From Octopus sinensis (lineage: Eukaryota): 64,000 bases of DNA. The stretch covers positions 52,948,001-53,012,000 of the forward strand of contig NC_042998.1 in assembly GCF_006345805.1 (NCBI RefSeq). Reading direction: 5' to 3'. The notes under the pieces are model-generated. The model was not told where the DNA came from. It made no database searches and saw only the letters and a list, made by a program, of their open reading frames with translations. Positions 24,848 to 37,205 of this stretch are shown here, piece by piece; position 1 is the stretch's first letter; the number at the start of each line of letters is the position of its first letter. The position numbers and the translations under genes are program-made.

Positions 24848-25040
24848 TGGTGAAGGTGCATGGCTCAGTGGTTAGAGTGTCAAGCTTACGATCGTGAGGT
24901 TGTGCGCTCAAATCCCAGACCGGGCTGCATGTTGTGTTCTTGAGCAAGACACTTTATTTCATGTTCCAGTTCATTCAGCTGTAAAAATGAGTTGTGATGT
25001 CACAGGTGCCAAGCTGTATCAGCTGTTGCCTTTCAGGTTA
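24848..25040 (+). mobile_element. CORE-like tRNA SINE (family 3)
   Basis: tggctcagtggttagag A box, tgttcttgagcaagacactttatttca domain. Confidence 0.8.
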
Positions 25041-25479
25041 CACCATAGCATACCTAGCATCATCTCATGGAACACCAGTGTTCTACTGCATACCGGCTGC
25101 ATAGCACTGATACAAAGTCCTTCAGTGGCTCAAAAAAAAAAAAAAAGAGTGTGCAAGCACGGTATAGTGAACATTAAAGCGATGATGATGATGAAAGTTA
25201 ACGATGATGATCATGATCATGATAAATAACTTGAGATTGGCTGGTGCTCTGGAAGTAATTGGTAAAATTGTTATCTAGTATATGTTAGAAATGTGAATCA
25301 ATTTCTGTTATTAAACCTGTTTCTGTTAAGTCTTAAATTGTTATATGATTATTTAATATCAATCACTTTATATTGAAAAATCATAGTGATTAATTTTTGT
25401 TCATATAAGGGGTGTGGTGGCTATTAGCGGTAATAGTAAACAATTAACTAATCTGAATATGTATAAAAATTAATTGATG

Positions 25480-25675
25480 TTGATGATAATGGTAGTACTG
25501 CTACTGCTGCTGGTAGAGGTGTTGATGAGGAGGATGGTGATAATGTTGGTAGTGATGATGATGCTGGTGGCAATAATGATAATGGTGATGATGATTATGA
25601 TGATGATGATGATGATGATGATAACATTGGTGGCAATGACAATGATGGTGATGATAATGATGATGATGATCTTGG
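25480..25675. repeat. degenerate (ATG/GAT)n trinucleotide tract
   Basis: Direct inspection; gives poly-M/poly-I ORFs on both strands. Confidence 0.9.
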
Positions 25676-25825
25676 CTTTCACTTTACTCAAAATCAGTGA
25701 AGCTAATATTCAAGTTATGAGAACTGATTTTGCATGCATGTACAAATAACATGTATAACTGTCTGTCTGAAAGTATATAAGATTGAACAAAGCTATGATT
25801 GAAAGTATGCATATATATATGAGGT

Positions 25826-26200
25826 GTAGGAGTGTCTGTGTGGTAAGTAGCTTGCTTACTGACCACATGCAGCCGGGTTCAGTCCCACTGCATGGCATCT
25901 TGGGCAAGCGTCTTTTACTATGGTCTCGGGCCGACCAAAGCCTTGTGAGTGGATTTGGTAGACGGAAACTGAAAGAAGCCTGTTGTATATATGTATATAT
26001 GTGTGTGTGTGTGTGTTTGCCTCCCCCCCCCCAACATTGCTTGACAACCGATGCTGGTGTGCTTACGTCCCCATAACTTAGTGGTAGAATAAGTACTAGG
26101 CTTAGAAAGAATAAGTCCTGGGGTCAATTTACTCAACTAAAGGCGGTGCTCCAGCATGGCCACAGACAAATGACTAAAACAAGTAAAAGAGTAAATGAGT
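25826..26200 (+). mobile_element. SINE family 1, near full length
   Basis: Collinear with 44324-44733, internal (TA/TG)n, gtaaaagag tail. Confidence 0.9.
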
Positions 26201-26649
26201 ATATATATATATATATATGTAAAAACAGATTGCACCTTGCATGCATATACAAATACAATGGCATAATATATTGCCTAGAAGCAAACAAGAATGAATAAAC
26301 CTGTATGAAAGAATGTATATACATGAAATTCTGCATCCAGTGGCTTATAAGGAATATATCACTTTTCTTCTGAAAAGTTGTCCTAGAACAAAACCGATTA
26401 TGTTTTATAAACAAAAGTCAGAGTGTAGGTCTTTTTGTTTTTTGCTTGAGTGGAAGGGCAGAATCAATGACCCTTCTCAGATTTCCTGAGGCAGGTGGGA
26501 AGAATGGAGAGAGAGTGAAAGGGAGGATGGTATCCTCAAACTGGAGATGTGGTCCAAAAGCTTATGTATAGCATCAGCAGCAACATCATTTAATGTACAG
26601 CAAACAGAAATATAAAATCAATCAATCAAACATGTACGTGTGAACAACA

Positions 26650-26748
<99 letters not shown>

Positions 26749-27612
26749 TTTTCCCCAATTTCATCTGTATGGTATTGGTCAACTCACAGCTACAGTATAC
26801 AACAGCTGCCAAGAATGTTCATGAAGTGGGATTGAACCCCTGGCTGAATGTTTCTGAAGTGAACTTCTTAACCATACACCCATGCCTATAGCCATTATGA
26901 ATGTTTGTATACATTTCTAAAGGTACACAAGTGTAGTTAAAAAATATATTTATTTGGCACAAACTCATCTCTTTTTCTCTGTTCAGTTTCTCATTTTCAC
27001 TCTTCTTTTTTCCCCATTTCTCTCTCTCTCTTGCTCTCTCTTTTACTCATACACATACATGCAAACACATGCACATACAACACACACACATACACACAAG
27101 CACATACACACACACACATACACACATGCACACACACAATTTATGACTGACTTTATCATTCTTTCACATTTTATTCCCATCTGATTCTCTCTTTGTATGC
27201 ACACATTTTTCATTTCGTATGTCTGTACATGTCTCTCTCCTTCTATCTATCTGCCTCTTTCTCTCTCTCTTTCTCTCTCTTTCTCTTCCTCTCTCTCTAA
27301 TATTCTCTGCCATCCTTCACTTCTCTCTCCTCCCCTCACTTTCTATACTCTCATGAGTGTATATGTTCATGTTGAAATGTGCGCTAATTATTTATGCATG
27401 TCTTTCTTGATATATGTGCATGTACACTTATGTAAGCATCTATTAGTATTCAAGACAGAGCAGCATTTAAAAGATGATTTCAACAGTTTAAAGCTCTATC
27501 ATCTAATCTCATTAGTTAATGCAGTCAAGTACAACATTGTAGCAGCTAAGCTGTGTAAAATTTCAGTATAACATTCAACACTTATATCAGATAACATGAA
27601 ACATCTACCTAC

Positions 27613-27704
27613 CTGTTCACACTGGCCTGCAGTTACTAACTCATCTGATCTTTCACTTTGTTTCTTTACAGTTCTTTTCACCTCTCCAGCCGTACATGCC
27701 CAGC
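27613..27704 (-). CDS. candidate internal exon (92 nt, phase 1 to 0): (G)WACTAGEVKRTVKKQSERSDELVTAGQCEQ
   Basis: Acceptor aataatctcttacag|G, donor CAG|gtaggt, one open frame, non-repeat and relatively GC-rich; no homolog recognised. Confidence 0.3.
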
Positions 27705-28108
27705 CTGTAAGAGATTATTTATAAAAGTAGATTATAATGTAATTCTCATAATAGTAGATATATTACTATATTTGCTCAATGAGTTTTACTTACAACATAT
27801 ATCAAATATTTGTGACATGTACATATAGATAGTGAAAAGATTCAATCAAAAAATTGTTCTTTGCAATAATAAAATAATGATAATAATGATAATTCTTTCT
27901 AGTTTTAGGCAAAAAGGAGGAGAATGATCATTAGGTTAACCCAAGTGCTCAGCTGGTACTTATTTTATAGACCTTGAAAGAAAGAAACAAAGTTGACTTC
28001 AGTGGAATTTGAACACAAAAATAAAGATGGACAAGAAAAAACATGCTCATCAGTTGCTTGACCTTAACCAGTTGAACATGCCCCTTAGTGGCTTCAGATG
28101 GTTCTTAA

Positions 28109-28313
28109 CTCCTTAGTGTTTAAAATGGCCATATCCAACCCAAATATTCTACATGTTTAATATTCAAATTAGTGATATCTAGCCTCTTACACCTAACCTA
28201 CATTGACATTCTAAAGATAATCATGCATTATCTATAAGATAATGCATGATTAATTCAAAACAATTTGAGTGAAAAAGTATTACATTTAACAGAGTAATCT
28301 GAACACTAAAGGG
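28109..28313. mobile_element. piggyBac-type MITE (family A)
   Basis: TTAA at 28105-28108 and 28314-28317, ends ctccttag / ctaaaggg; second copy at 43580-43799 in opposite orientation. Confidence 0.8.
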
Positions 28314-28569
28314 TTAAACCATTTAGCATATAGCTATAGCCAGTTGGACAGCTTGCAGCAGACCCCTTTCTAGGTACGCAGCATGGAGAAGTTACAACAA
28401 TGATGAAACATCAATAAACTACTTGACTTGTAGCTTATTTTATCAGTCTCAGAATAACGAAAGGCAAGCTTAATTTCAGCAGAATTTGGATTGAGAATGT
28501 AAAAAACCTTAACAAATACCACATGTCATTTTCTCTGACACATTAATGATTCTGCCAGTCCAATGTGAA

Positions 28570-28795
28570 AATAATAATTATCCTTTCTACTTTAGGCAAA
28601 AGGCCTGAAATTTGGTGGGAGTGGGTTAATTAATTACATTGATCTCAGTACTCAAATTAGAACTTATTTTATCAACCCAGAAAGATGAAAGCTAAAGTTG
28701 CCCTCAGCAGAATTTGAACTCAGAACATAAAGATGAATGGAATGTCAAAAAGCATTTTGCCCAGCATGCAACGAATCTGCCAGCTTGCTGCCTTT
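28570..28795 (-). mobile_element. SINE family 4
   Basis: Homologous to 53590-53802. Confidence 0.75.
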
Positions 28796-28865
28796 ATAGT
28801 AATATTAATAATAACTGTTTCTAATTTAGGCACAAAGCCAACAATTTTTGAGTCAGAATCATGGT

Positions 28866-28901
<36 letters not shown>

Positions 28902-29817
28902 ATAGATAGATAGATAGATAGATAGATTTCTTTATTGGCCACACAGGGCTGAACACAGAAGGGATAAAATACAAAGTAGAGCTTTTCTTTTGGGAAGAAG
29001 AGAAAGAAAAAATTTAAAAAAGCAAAGAAGAAAAAAGTGGGTTGAATTCTGATCAAAATGGATCGCGAAAATAAAACAAAAAAAGGTGAGGACGATCAAT
29101 AGGGACCATGTATCACAGACAGACAGAGAAGGAGAAAGAGAGACAGAAGTATAGAATAAGTGATCTATCTAATGAAGTACTATCTATCAAGTACTTCGTT
29201 TCATTGACCTTGAAAGGATAAAAGGTGAAAGCTAATCTTAGTGTGGCTTGGGTTCCAAATGTAAAGAGCCCAAAGAAATACTGTAAGGCATTTTATCAAA
29301 TGCTCTGGACTGACAGTATGAGTATTTAAACAAGCATTTTGTTATAGCAAAATTTTGTCGTTATCATTATCATGATGATGATCATCATCATTTAATGTCT
29401 GGACAGTTTGAAAGTAACTGGCAAGTCAGTAGACTGTACCAAGCTCTGCTGTCTGTTTTGGCATGGTTTGTATGGCTGGATGTCCTTCCTAACACCAAAA
29501 CAATTATGTTTTTATTCAAAGAGAGAGGAGAGAGAGAAAGAAAGAAAGAAGGAGACAGTCAGAGATAGATAGATAGATGGAGCGAGAAAGAAAAAGAGAA
29601 AGAGAGAGAGAAAGAAAATGAGGAGAAAGATAATTGCTTTTTCCTTATATAAAATAGTAAGACAAGAAAAGGCAGTGCTCACAAAGATTTGACATGACTT
29701 CTAAAACTCCTACAAGAAACAAAGAATTTATGTCAGGTTATTCTCAGACTGGAGACCTTAGTCAGAAGCCTGTAGCTTAGCAGCTAAAGACACCTAAAAG
29801 CTATATGGTGGTTTATA

Positions 29818-30037
29818 CCCTTTTGTTATCATAGCTCTGTTGAAATATACTGCACTTGTTTCTATTAATTTCTTTGAATAGGTAAGGATTTAATGAAAAA
29901 ATGACTTGTCATTATCAAGCAGGTGTTCAGAAACTAAATTAACACGAAATTTTGATGGAAGGTTTGATTTAGAGAGCTTTAAGACTGGAGTCTGTGTCAT
30001 AAATACAAAGGCAGTAGGTTGGTTGGTATCAAAAGGG
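29818..30037. mobile_element. piggyBac-type MITE (family B)
   Basis: Ends cccttttgttatc / ggtatcaaaaggg plus TTAA; second copy at 56746-56964 inverted. Confidence 0.75.
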
Positions 30038-30526
30038 TTAAGCTGAGTGAGGGATTAAGAGATCTATCTAACAACAGTTACAGTCCCTCTGACAGACTTC
30101 TACAGAATTTTGTGGTAACCAGTTGCACCAACAAGAATGAGTGCAGCAAAACTCACTTGCCCACGGTTTCATACAGTGGGACTGGTTTCTGGGAGTATAA
30201 AATTGTGATGTGAACTTCATAATCACAAAACCATGGTGAAGAGAGAATGAGATAGACAGACAGACAGATAAAGAAAGATAGTTAGACAGAGAGGGAGAGA
30301 GAGAGAGAGAGAGAGAGAAAGAAAGAAAGAAGCAGACAGTCAGACAGACAAAGATAGACAGAGAAATTGTTAGATAAAGAAGCAGACAGTCAGACTGACT
30401 GAGAAAGAGAAAGTGAAAGCAAATAAGTTAAGGAAAAATTTTGAATAGGAAAATAGCTAAGAATGAAATAAAGAACATTTCTCTCTATCACTTTTTATTA
30501 CAATTTGTGCCCAACCTTCCCCTTAC

Positions 30527-30583
30527 CAAGAAAAAGACTAAAAATAAAAACTAAACAAATGCATAAAGCTGCAATGAATGAGA
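30527..30583 (-). CDS. candidate exon (57 nt, phase 1 to 1) encoding a hydrophobic segment SFIAALCICLVFIFSLFL(G)
   Basis: Acceptor ctttatattttacag|, donor TTG|gtaagg, phase-compatible with 27613-27704; T-rich DNA gives hydrophobic peptides by chance. Confidence 0.25.
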
Positions 30584-30920
30584 CTGTAAAATATAAAGTG
30601 CACCAAAAAGATAAATGTCGGGCAATGTATTCATACTGGTGCCAAAGAAAGAGTTTAACAAAACAATAAAGAAATCAATACTACATTTCTTAGATTCGAA
30701 GACAAATATTAAAAAAAAATATATATATATATATATATTCAAGTAGTTTCAGTTTTGTACTGAACAGAGCTTGTGTTTTAAGGAAGGAAGGCAGTTCTTC
30801 ACATGCAAATTGGGATATCATTTCAACAGTACAAGAGTGAGAAATAAAAAGAGAATAAGTAAATATTGTAAGAATGTATGAGTGTGTGATTATATGTGTA
30901 TAGATGTATGTGTGTGTGTG

Positions 30921-30956
<36 letters not shown>

Positions 30957-31327
30957 TATAGTGTACACACACATATACACTTACAGTGTGCTCAGATGTG
31001 CTTCATAAATGAATGAGGAAGAGTACTCAATTTATGTTGTAGAGCATATGATTTATTTAGATTCAATTCCTTTATGGCAATTTAACTTTCACACTACAAT
31101 TAAAACATGCATACATACACACACATGCATTCACACACACGTACACATTTATATATGTGCACATATATATATATTCCTATATACATGCATATATTTTTAT
31201 ATATATATATATAAATTATAATGGTTATTGACAATTTTGTCTTTTTTTTGGCATATTTGGCATCAAAATTTTTCTTTTGCCCTTATTTTATAAGTTATAT
31301 ATATATATGTATGTGTGTATATATATG

Positions 31328-31368
<41 letters not shown>

Positions 31369-31944
31369 CACACACACACATATGCACATTAAGTTATAAA
31401 TATATATATATATATAATTGAAAATCAAGAGAAGAGTGGAGATATATTCACATCAAAAACATTTTTATTAAAAAGTTTTCTACAATATATATAGCAATGG
31501 CCAACATATGTTGCTACTGCAGCAACTACACATTGCTCTATATGCAATTATGCATCCTAGTCATGGCAATTTCCTCAAGGGTCCATCACTTACGACATTT
31601 TCAAAGTGAACTAATTCAAACAAGCTTCCTGCATTGGTTTTCAGTTGAAGGTGATAGCATTACTTTTTAAATTGAATTGAATTTTGGTTTTATAATCTTC
31701 TCTACAGGTATCACAGTTGAAGCGTGGTTCATAAAATGTTTATATTACAATTAATTATAGCAGTTTTGTTTACATTTTACTGTATGGAGTACATTATTCC
31801 CTTAGGGGTACTTCACTTATTTTGAGTTCATATCCTCAATAATATTATTGTTATTATTATAATAATTATATTTATTAGTATTATTTATATAAATGTCATT
31901 AATTATCACAATCATTAATTTGACTAGTATAGTAGACTGTTTTA

Positions 31945-32107
31945 GCTGAAGAATGGACAAAAACACCTTTGGAAACAATTCAAACTTCATATGAGTTCAT
32001 ACCTCAGAATTCAAGCAGTAATTACTGCCAAAGGCAATCTTACGCCATATTGAAATAAATTTGTTCAAAATTTTAAGGTATTTCCATTATTTTGTGCAAC
32101 CCCTGTA
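31945..32107 (+). mobile_element. Tc1-family transposon 3' end
   Basis: EEWTKTPLETIQTSYEFIPQ/IQAVITAKGNLTPY* matches the Tc1 transposase C-terminus, followed by a TIR-like end ...aacccctg plus TA. Confidence 0.8.
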
Positions 32108-32329
32108 TGTATATATAGGTTGTTTGGTATGTATATGTATTGCTAAATGTATATGTATTTTAGCATGAAAGTGTTTTTTTTAAACAGATATATCTTTTAA
32201 TTTATTTGAATTTATTATTATTTTTTTACGACTAATTATTTATCCTGGGTATTCAAGTCTTTTTTCCTTCTATCCAAGCTATTTTTGATTTAAGGGTTTT
32301 CTTTGATTTTTATAATAATATAATTTTTA

Positions 32330-32616
32330 AACTGCAATAGTAATTTCACGGAACCAGTTATTGAAAAGACTGTTAGTTGAAAGGACCAATAAAACAAAAC
32401 CATTTTCAAATGTGTATCTATCAAACTAATAGTATATTTATGCATATAACCTTATTTTGTTCCATTCGAAACAAAAATGTCCGGTGAATGCAAACGTGAA
32501 ACTTTGAGTAACAGTTTTGGTGGTATTTTTGCTGCTTTTTAATAAAACATATTACTCTCCCTCCAGTATTTGAGTACTATTTTTTCCACCCTGTTTTGCA
32601 TTTATGTGCTTACTCT

Positions 32617-32620
<4 letters not shown>
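32330..32620 (+). mobile_element. PLE-like terminal repeat with hammerhead-like motif (32475-32516)
   Basis: Homologous to 9301-9450; ends in (TA)n. Confidence 0.55.
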
Positions 32621-32649
<29 letters not shown>

Positions 32650-32651
<2 letters not shown>

Positions 32652-32815
32652 GGAAAGTTTACGAAAATAAACAAAAGGCAGGTGGTGTACAAACAAACAG
32701 ATGTATTAGTATAGTGTTCAGGAATAGAAAAAGTCTTATGTTTCGAGCCTACGCTCTTCTACAGAAAGATACACAGAAAAAAACAAGGAGAGAAACAAGG
32801 AGAGAAAAAGAAATA
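32650..32815 (-). mobile_element. second PLE-like terminal repeat family
   Basis: Homologous to 20950-21115; minus strand ctgtagaagagcgtaggctcgaaac; between two (TA)n tracts. Confidence 0.5.
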
Positions 32816-32820
32816 TATTA

Positions 32821-32857
<37 letters not shown>

Positions 32858-33414
32858 ATATATATAAAACAAATGAAAGACAGAAGAAGGAATATACGAG
32901 AATATATTATTAATCACAACAGTTGTTTCAACACATCTATTATCAACTCCTCTTGCGGGACACACAAAAACTGGTTCAGGAGTATCATCCAGTGGTGCAG
33001 ACGTATCTCGTCGAGTGATAAATAAATAAAAAAACTTGTTAAAATGATTGTTCCATTATGCAACTTTCCAAACACACACACACAAACAGAATTATAGTTA
33101 CATGTGCATGGACATGTGTATCCATGTCATCACATGATAACTAAACTATCAGCAAACCTCACCTCGATAGAGTCAGTGTTATTCATTTGCAATCATCCAG
33201 AGAATCATGATTGGTTTCTTGTGCTGTTCATGTTTGAGATGAAGTAAAGGAAATAAAACCTTGTTTGAAAACAGATGAAGGCATCTAATCACAGAGAATT
33301 GCTTCAATAGATGTCATCTGATCCATGCAAGTATGGAACATTAAAATGAGGATGATGATGGTGAATACATGTTAAATTTTGATTTATCTTAAAACTAGAT
33401 TAAGAATAAGTGAA

Positions 33415-33750
33415 GGTACATAGTTTAGTGGTTAGAGCATCAGGCTCACAATTATTAGATAGTGGGTTCAATTCCTGAACCAGGTTGTGTGTTATGTTCT
33501 TGAATAAGACACTTTATTTCACATTGCTCCAGTTTATTCAGCTGTAGAAATGTGTGGTGGCATCACTGGTTCCAAGCTGTATCGGTCTTTGCCTTGCCCT
33601 TGGATAACATCAGTGGCATAAAGAGGGAAGGATGATATGCATGGGTGACTGCTGCTCTTCCATAAACAATCTTGCACAGACTTGTGCCTCAGAGGAGAAC
33701 TTTCTAGGTGCAATCCCATGGTCATTCATGACTAAAGGGGATCTTTACCC
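33415..33750 (+). mobile_element. CORE-like tRNA SINE (family 3), long copy
   Basis: Head and central domain shared with 24848-25040. Confidence 0.75.
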
Positions 33751-34139
33751 TTTTTTAACCATTAAAGAACAACAACATAACATTTACTGATGGGTGGTCT
33801 CAATATCAAGAATAGAATCAAATTTATTGTGAATTCTACTGATATCTTTGTTTATATGTTGTCATGCTACTGTCATATTTCAATTGTTTGAATAATCAGT
33901 AAATCTGTACATTACTTCAGGGGAGATGAATCAATGCTATCTGTAGTAGCTGTGCATCCATTACTGACTAGATCAAAAAAAGTCGAAATCCCCAGATCTG
34001 GTGGTCCCAACACTGGATGTGGTGGGGATTTATCTCCCCACTAGTGATATAAACTAAAGGGCACTTTGCACCAAAAGTGAATATGAGATTTTCTCCCATG
34101 GAATCTACCACAGAATAATTTGTCCTTCATCTATGTCTA

Positions 34140-34432
34140 AATCATCATCCTCATCATCGTTTAACGTCCGTTTTCCATGCTAGCATGGGTTGGACGGTTC
34201 GACCAGGGTCTGGGAAGCCAGGAGGATGTACCAGGCTCCAGTCTGATCTGGCAGTGTTTCTACAGCTGGATGCCCTTCCTAACGCCAGCCACTCTGTGAG
34301 TGTAGTGGGTGTTTTTTACATGCCACCAGCACAGGGGCCAGAGGGGGCTGGCAAACGGCTACGATTGGTTGGTGCTTTTATGTGTCACCGACACGGACGC
34401 CAGTCAGGCGGCACTGGCATCTGCCTCGTTCG
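34140..34432 (-). mobile_element. RTE LINE 3' end
   Basis: High similarity to 58531-58720. Confidence 0.9.
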
Positions 34433-34703
34433 GAAATAGGGATAAATATTATCTTATATGTCCTTTCTGCTTTTAAAAAGGTAGGGATTTGATGAGAGAA
34501 ATTTGTCTTCTAATTCATTGCAAGTTCAGTGTGCACATGAAGGCTTCCTCGTTGGTCTACATGATAATTAGTTGAAAAGTTACAGCAATTGAGATCATAA
34601 CAATGATTATGAAATACATAATCTCATTCAGCTGGGTTGTTATCTAGTAGCCAAGATAATGAATTTGCTTGTTTATGGCATTTCTTCAAGTCTGATGTAT
34701 TAG

Positions 34704-34818
34704 TTGGCATTATGAAAAGGTGGATTATCTAAATATGCTGAAAAGATACTGTTATGAAGCTGTGAGACCAGATGGTGATGAGATGATGGTAGACAGAACC
34801 TTATTTTCAATGTTTCAG
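34704..34818 (+). CDS. candidate exon (115 nt, phase 2 to 0): WHYEKVDYLNMLKRYCYEAVRPDGDEMMVDRTLFSMFQ
   Basis: 38 open codons of globular-protein-like composition, moderate acceptor gatgtattag|, strong donor CAG|gtatgg; no homolog recognised. Confidence 0.3.
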
Positions 34819-34904
34819 GTATGGTAATTACATTACTTCAGATTATGTGAGCGTAGTTTAGTGTTAGGATAGAGGATACTGGACTAATTGTGATAACAAT
34901 ATGG

Positions 34905-35300
34905 GTCAGTATTTGCATGGCTGTGTGGTAAGAAGTTTGCTTCTCAACCACATGGTTCTGGGTTCAATCCCACTGCATAGCGCTTGGACAAGTGTCTTCT
35001 ATTGCAGCCCTGGGCTGATCAAAGCCTTGAAAATGGATTTGACAGATGGAAACTATGAAAGCCATTGTGTGTGTGTGTATGTATCTATGTCTTTGTGTTT
35101 GTCTCCCCTATCACCACTTGACAATTAGTGTTGGTTTGTTTATGTCCCTATAACTTAGTGGCTTGGTAAAAAGTGGCCAACAGATTAACTACCAGACTTA
35201 GAAAAAAAATAAGTTGGGTTTGATTTGTTTGACTAAACCCATCGAGGCGATGCCCCAGCATGGTCACAGTCTAATGACTGAAACAAGTGAAAGGTAGATA
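34905..35300 (+). mobile_element. SINE family 1
   Basis: Collinear with 44324-44733. Confidence 0.85.
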
Positions 35301-35809
35301 GAAGAATGTGAAAACAAACACCCTATTTAATGTGGGAAAGAAGAAAAATATTTTCGAGATTTAACAAAACTTAATTGAAAACTAAACAATAACACTGTTG
35401 TCTTCGTTTGCCGCAAAGGCATTTTTCAAATACGCCAACCAAGATAAGTTTTAAATTGTCTGAAGTCGTAAGACACCTGCTGTTTTGTCCTGTTATTACT
35501 ATTCTTGTTTTTTATTTCTATTTTTTGTTTCTTGTATTTATATTCGTGTGGCATCCTGTCCTTGTTTCGTATACATTCGATCCTCTTTACAAGAAATCTA
35601 ATGCCCATAGCTTAGTTTTTCTTTGGGGCTGGCCGTATCGGAGCGATATCAGGATTAATCAGCCCAAATTGCTAAGATGATCCGGTTCCCGACTGAAGAT
35701 TAGAGGCTTCGAATGACCCGTCTGTTTTTTTGTGTCGTCTCTTTGTGTGTTTTTTGCGTTCTTGTCCCATTTTGTAATTTATATTTTATTTCTATACATA
35801 TATATATAT

Positions 35810-35843
<34 letters not shown>

Positions 35844-36499
35844 ACATTGACTCTAAACAATAATGACTCAGTTATGACATAATAAAGACATGTGACTTTA
35901 TTAGGTGAATGGTAGAGTGTGACAATTAAATCAGCTCATAAACATTAAGAGATCCTCTAATGCTTTATGAATCAATGAAAATCCATAGCCTTTTATAATA
36001 CTATGATTGATAGAATAATGTGAATGAAAAAGATTTTGCAGAATTACTGCTACACCGAAACAAACATACATCTAATGCAATTAGATCAACTAATACAAAA
36101 GGAAAAGCTACACATACAACATGCTCATTTCAAACCTTCCTAAAGCAATTATCTTTTGAATAAACAGATTTCCAAATATCCAATTCAGGCGGAATATGTG
36201 CACTGGCCTATTGTATAATTAAAAATATTGAGACAAAAGATTCAGAGCTTATTTGATATATTCGGTTGAATGTATGTAATGTACCAAATGTTACATAGGC
36301 AGCACTATCAACCTGTTGTTATACAGGCATCATTGTCATTCTGCTTATATAAACGCATTAAAGAACATGTGAATGAAAAATCATTGTTTATGAAATGGCA
36401 TCTAGATACCTAACTGTGCATGAGGTTAAAGTTTGTATCAAGGACTGCAGTAGGAACATTGAACATTTTTGTGTTGATATCTCTTTTCTCTTCTATCTA

Positions 36500-37205
36500 A
36501 TTTTTCTCTCAGTCATTAGACTGCTGGGGGTACCACCTTGAAGAATTTTTAGTTGAATGACTCAACCCCAAGTACTTTTCTTTTTTAAGCCTGGTACTTA
36601 TTCTGACAGTCTATTTCACCAAACCACTAAGTTATAGGGATGTAAGTTGTGGAGGTGCAATGGCCCAGTGGTTAGAGCAGTGGACTCGTGGTTGGAGGAT
36701 TGCGGTTTCGATTCTTAGACCGGGCGTTGTGTGTGTTTATTGAGCGAAAACACCTACAGCTCCATGAGGCTCTGGCAGGGGGTGGTAGCGACCCCTGTTG
36801 TACTCTTTCGCCCCAACTTTCTCTCAGTCTTACTTCCTGTTTCTTGAGTAACACTGCGATGGACTGGCATCCCGTCCAGTTGGGGGGAAAACATATGCCA
36901 TAGAAACCAGGAAACTGGGCCCCTGAGCGTAGCCAGGCTTGAAAAGGGTGCATAAATAAATTTTAAAAATCACAGAAACTCCGTTTGTTGAGTGGTGGTG
37001 GGGGGGCTAAACAGATACGCACTCAAAAATATACATGTATATATTCAACAGGCTTCTCTCAGTTTCAGTACCGAATCCACTCAGGAGGCTTTGGTCAGCC
37101 CAAGGCTATAGTAGAAAATAGTACAAGAAGTGTCACATAGTGGAACTGAACCCAGAACCATGTGATTGGGAAGGAAACTTCTTACCATATAGTCAGGCCT
37201 GTGTC
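36500..37205 (-). mobile_element. SINE family 1 split by an inserted family-2 SINE
   Basis: 3' half 36500-36645; remainder from ~36975 to 37205. Confidence 0.75.
36645..36955 (+). mobile_element. tRNA-derived SINE (family 2), young and CpG-rich
   Basis: tggcccagtggttagagc A box, ggtttcgattc B box. Confidence 0.9.

Noticed and set aside
25470-25749. Poly-Met / poly-Ile ORFs, and the similar low-complexity ORFs at 45054-45376
   Set aside because: Trinucleotide microsatellite read-through with no flanking coding context
30156-30187. Minus-strand 32-nt exon with good splice sites (KPVPLYETVG)
   Set aside because: The sequence is a decayed SINE family 1 segment (agtcccactg...gggcaagtg)
35685-35725. 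CTGAAGA...GAAT hammerhead-like string
   Set aside because: GAAA core broken, G at position 17, and no stem I or credible stem II
36648-36725. tRNA-like sequences here and at other SINE heads
   Set aside because: A and B boxes run into SINE bodies and no complete cloverleaf forms; not tRNA genes
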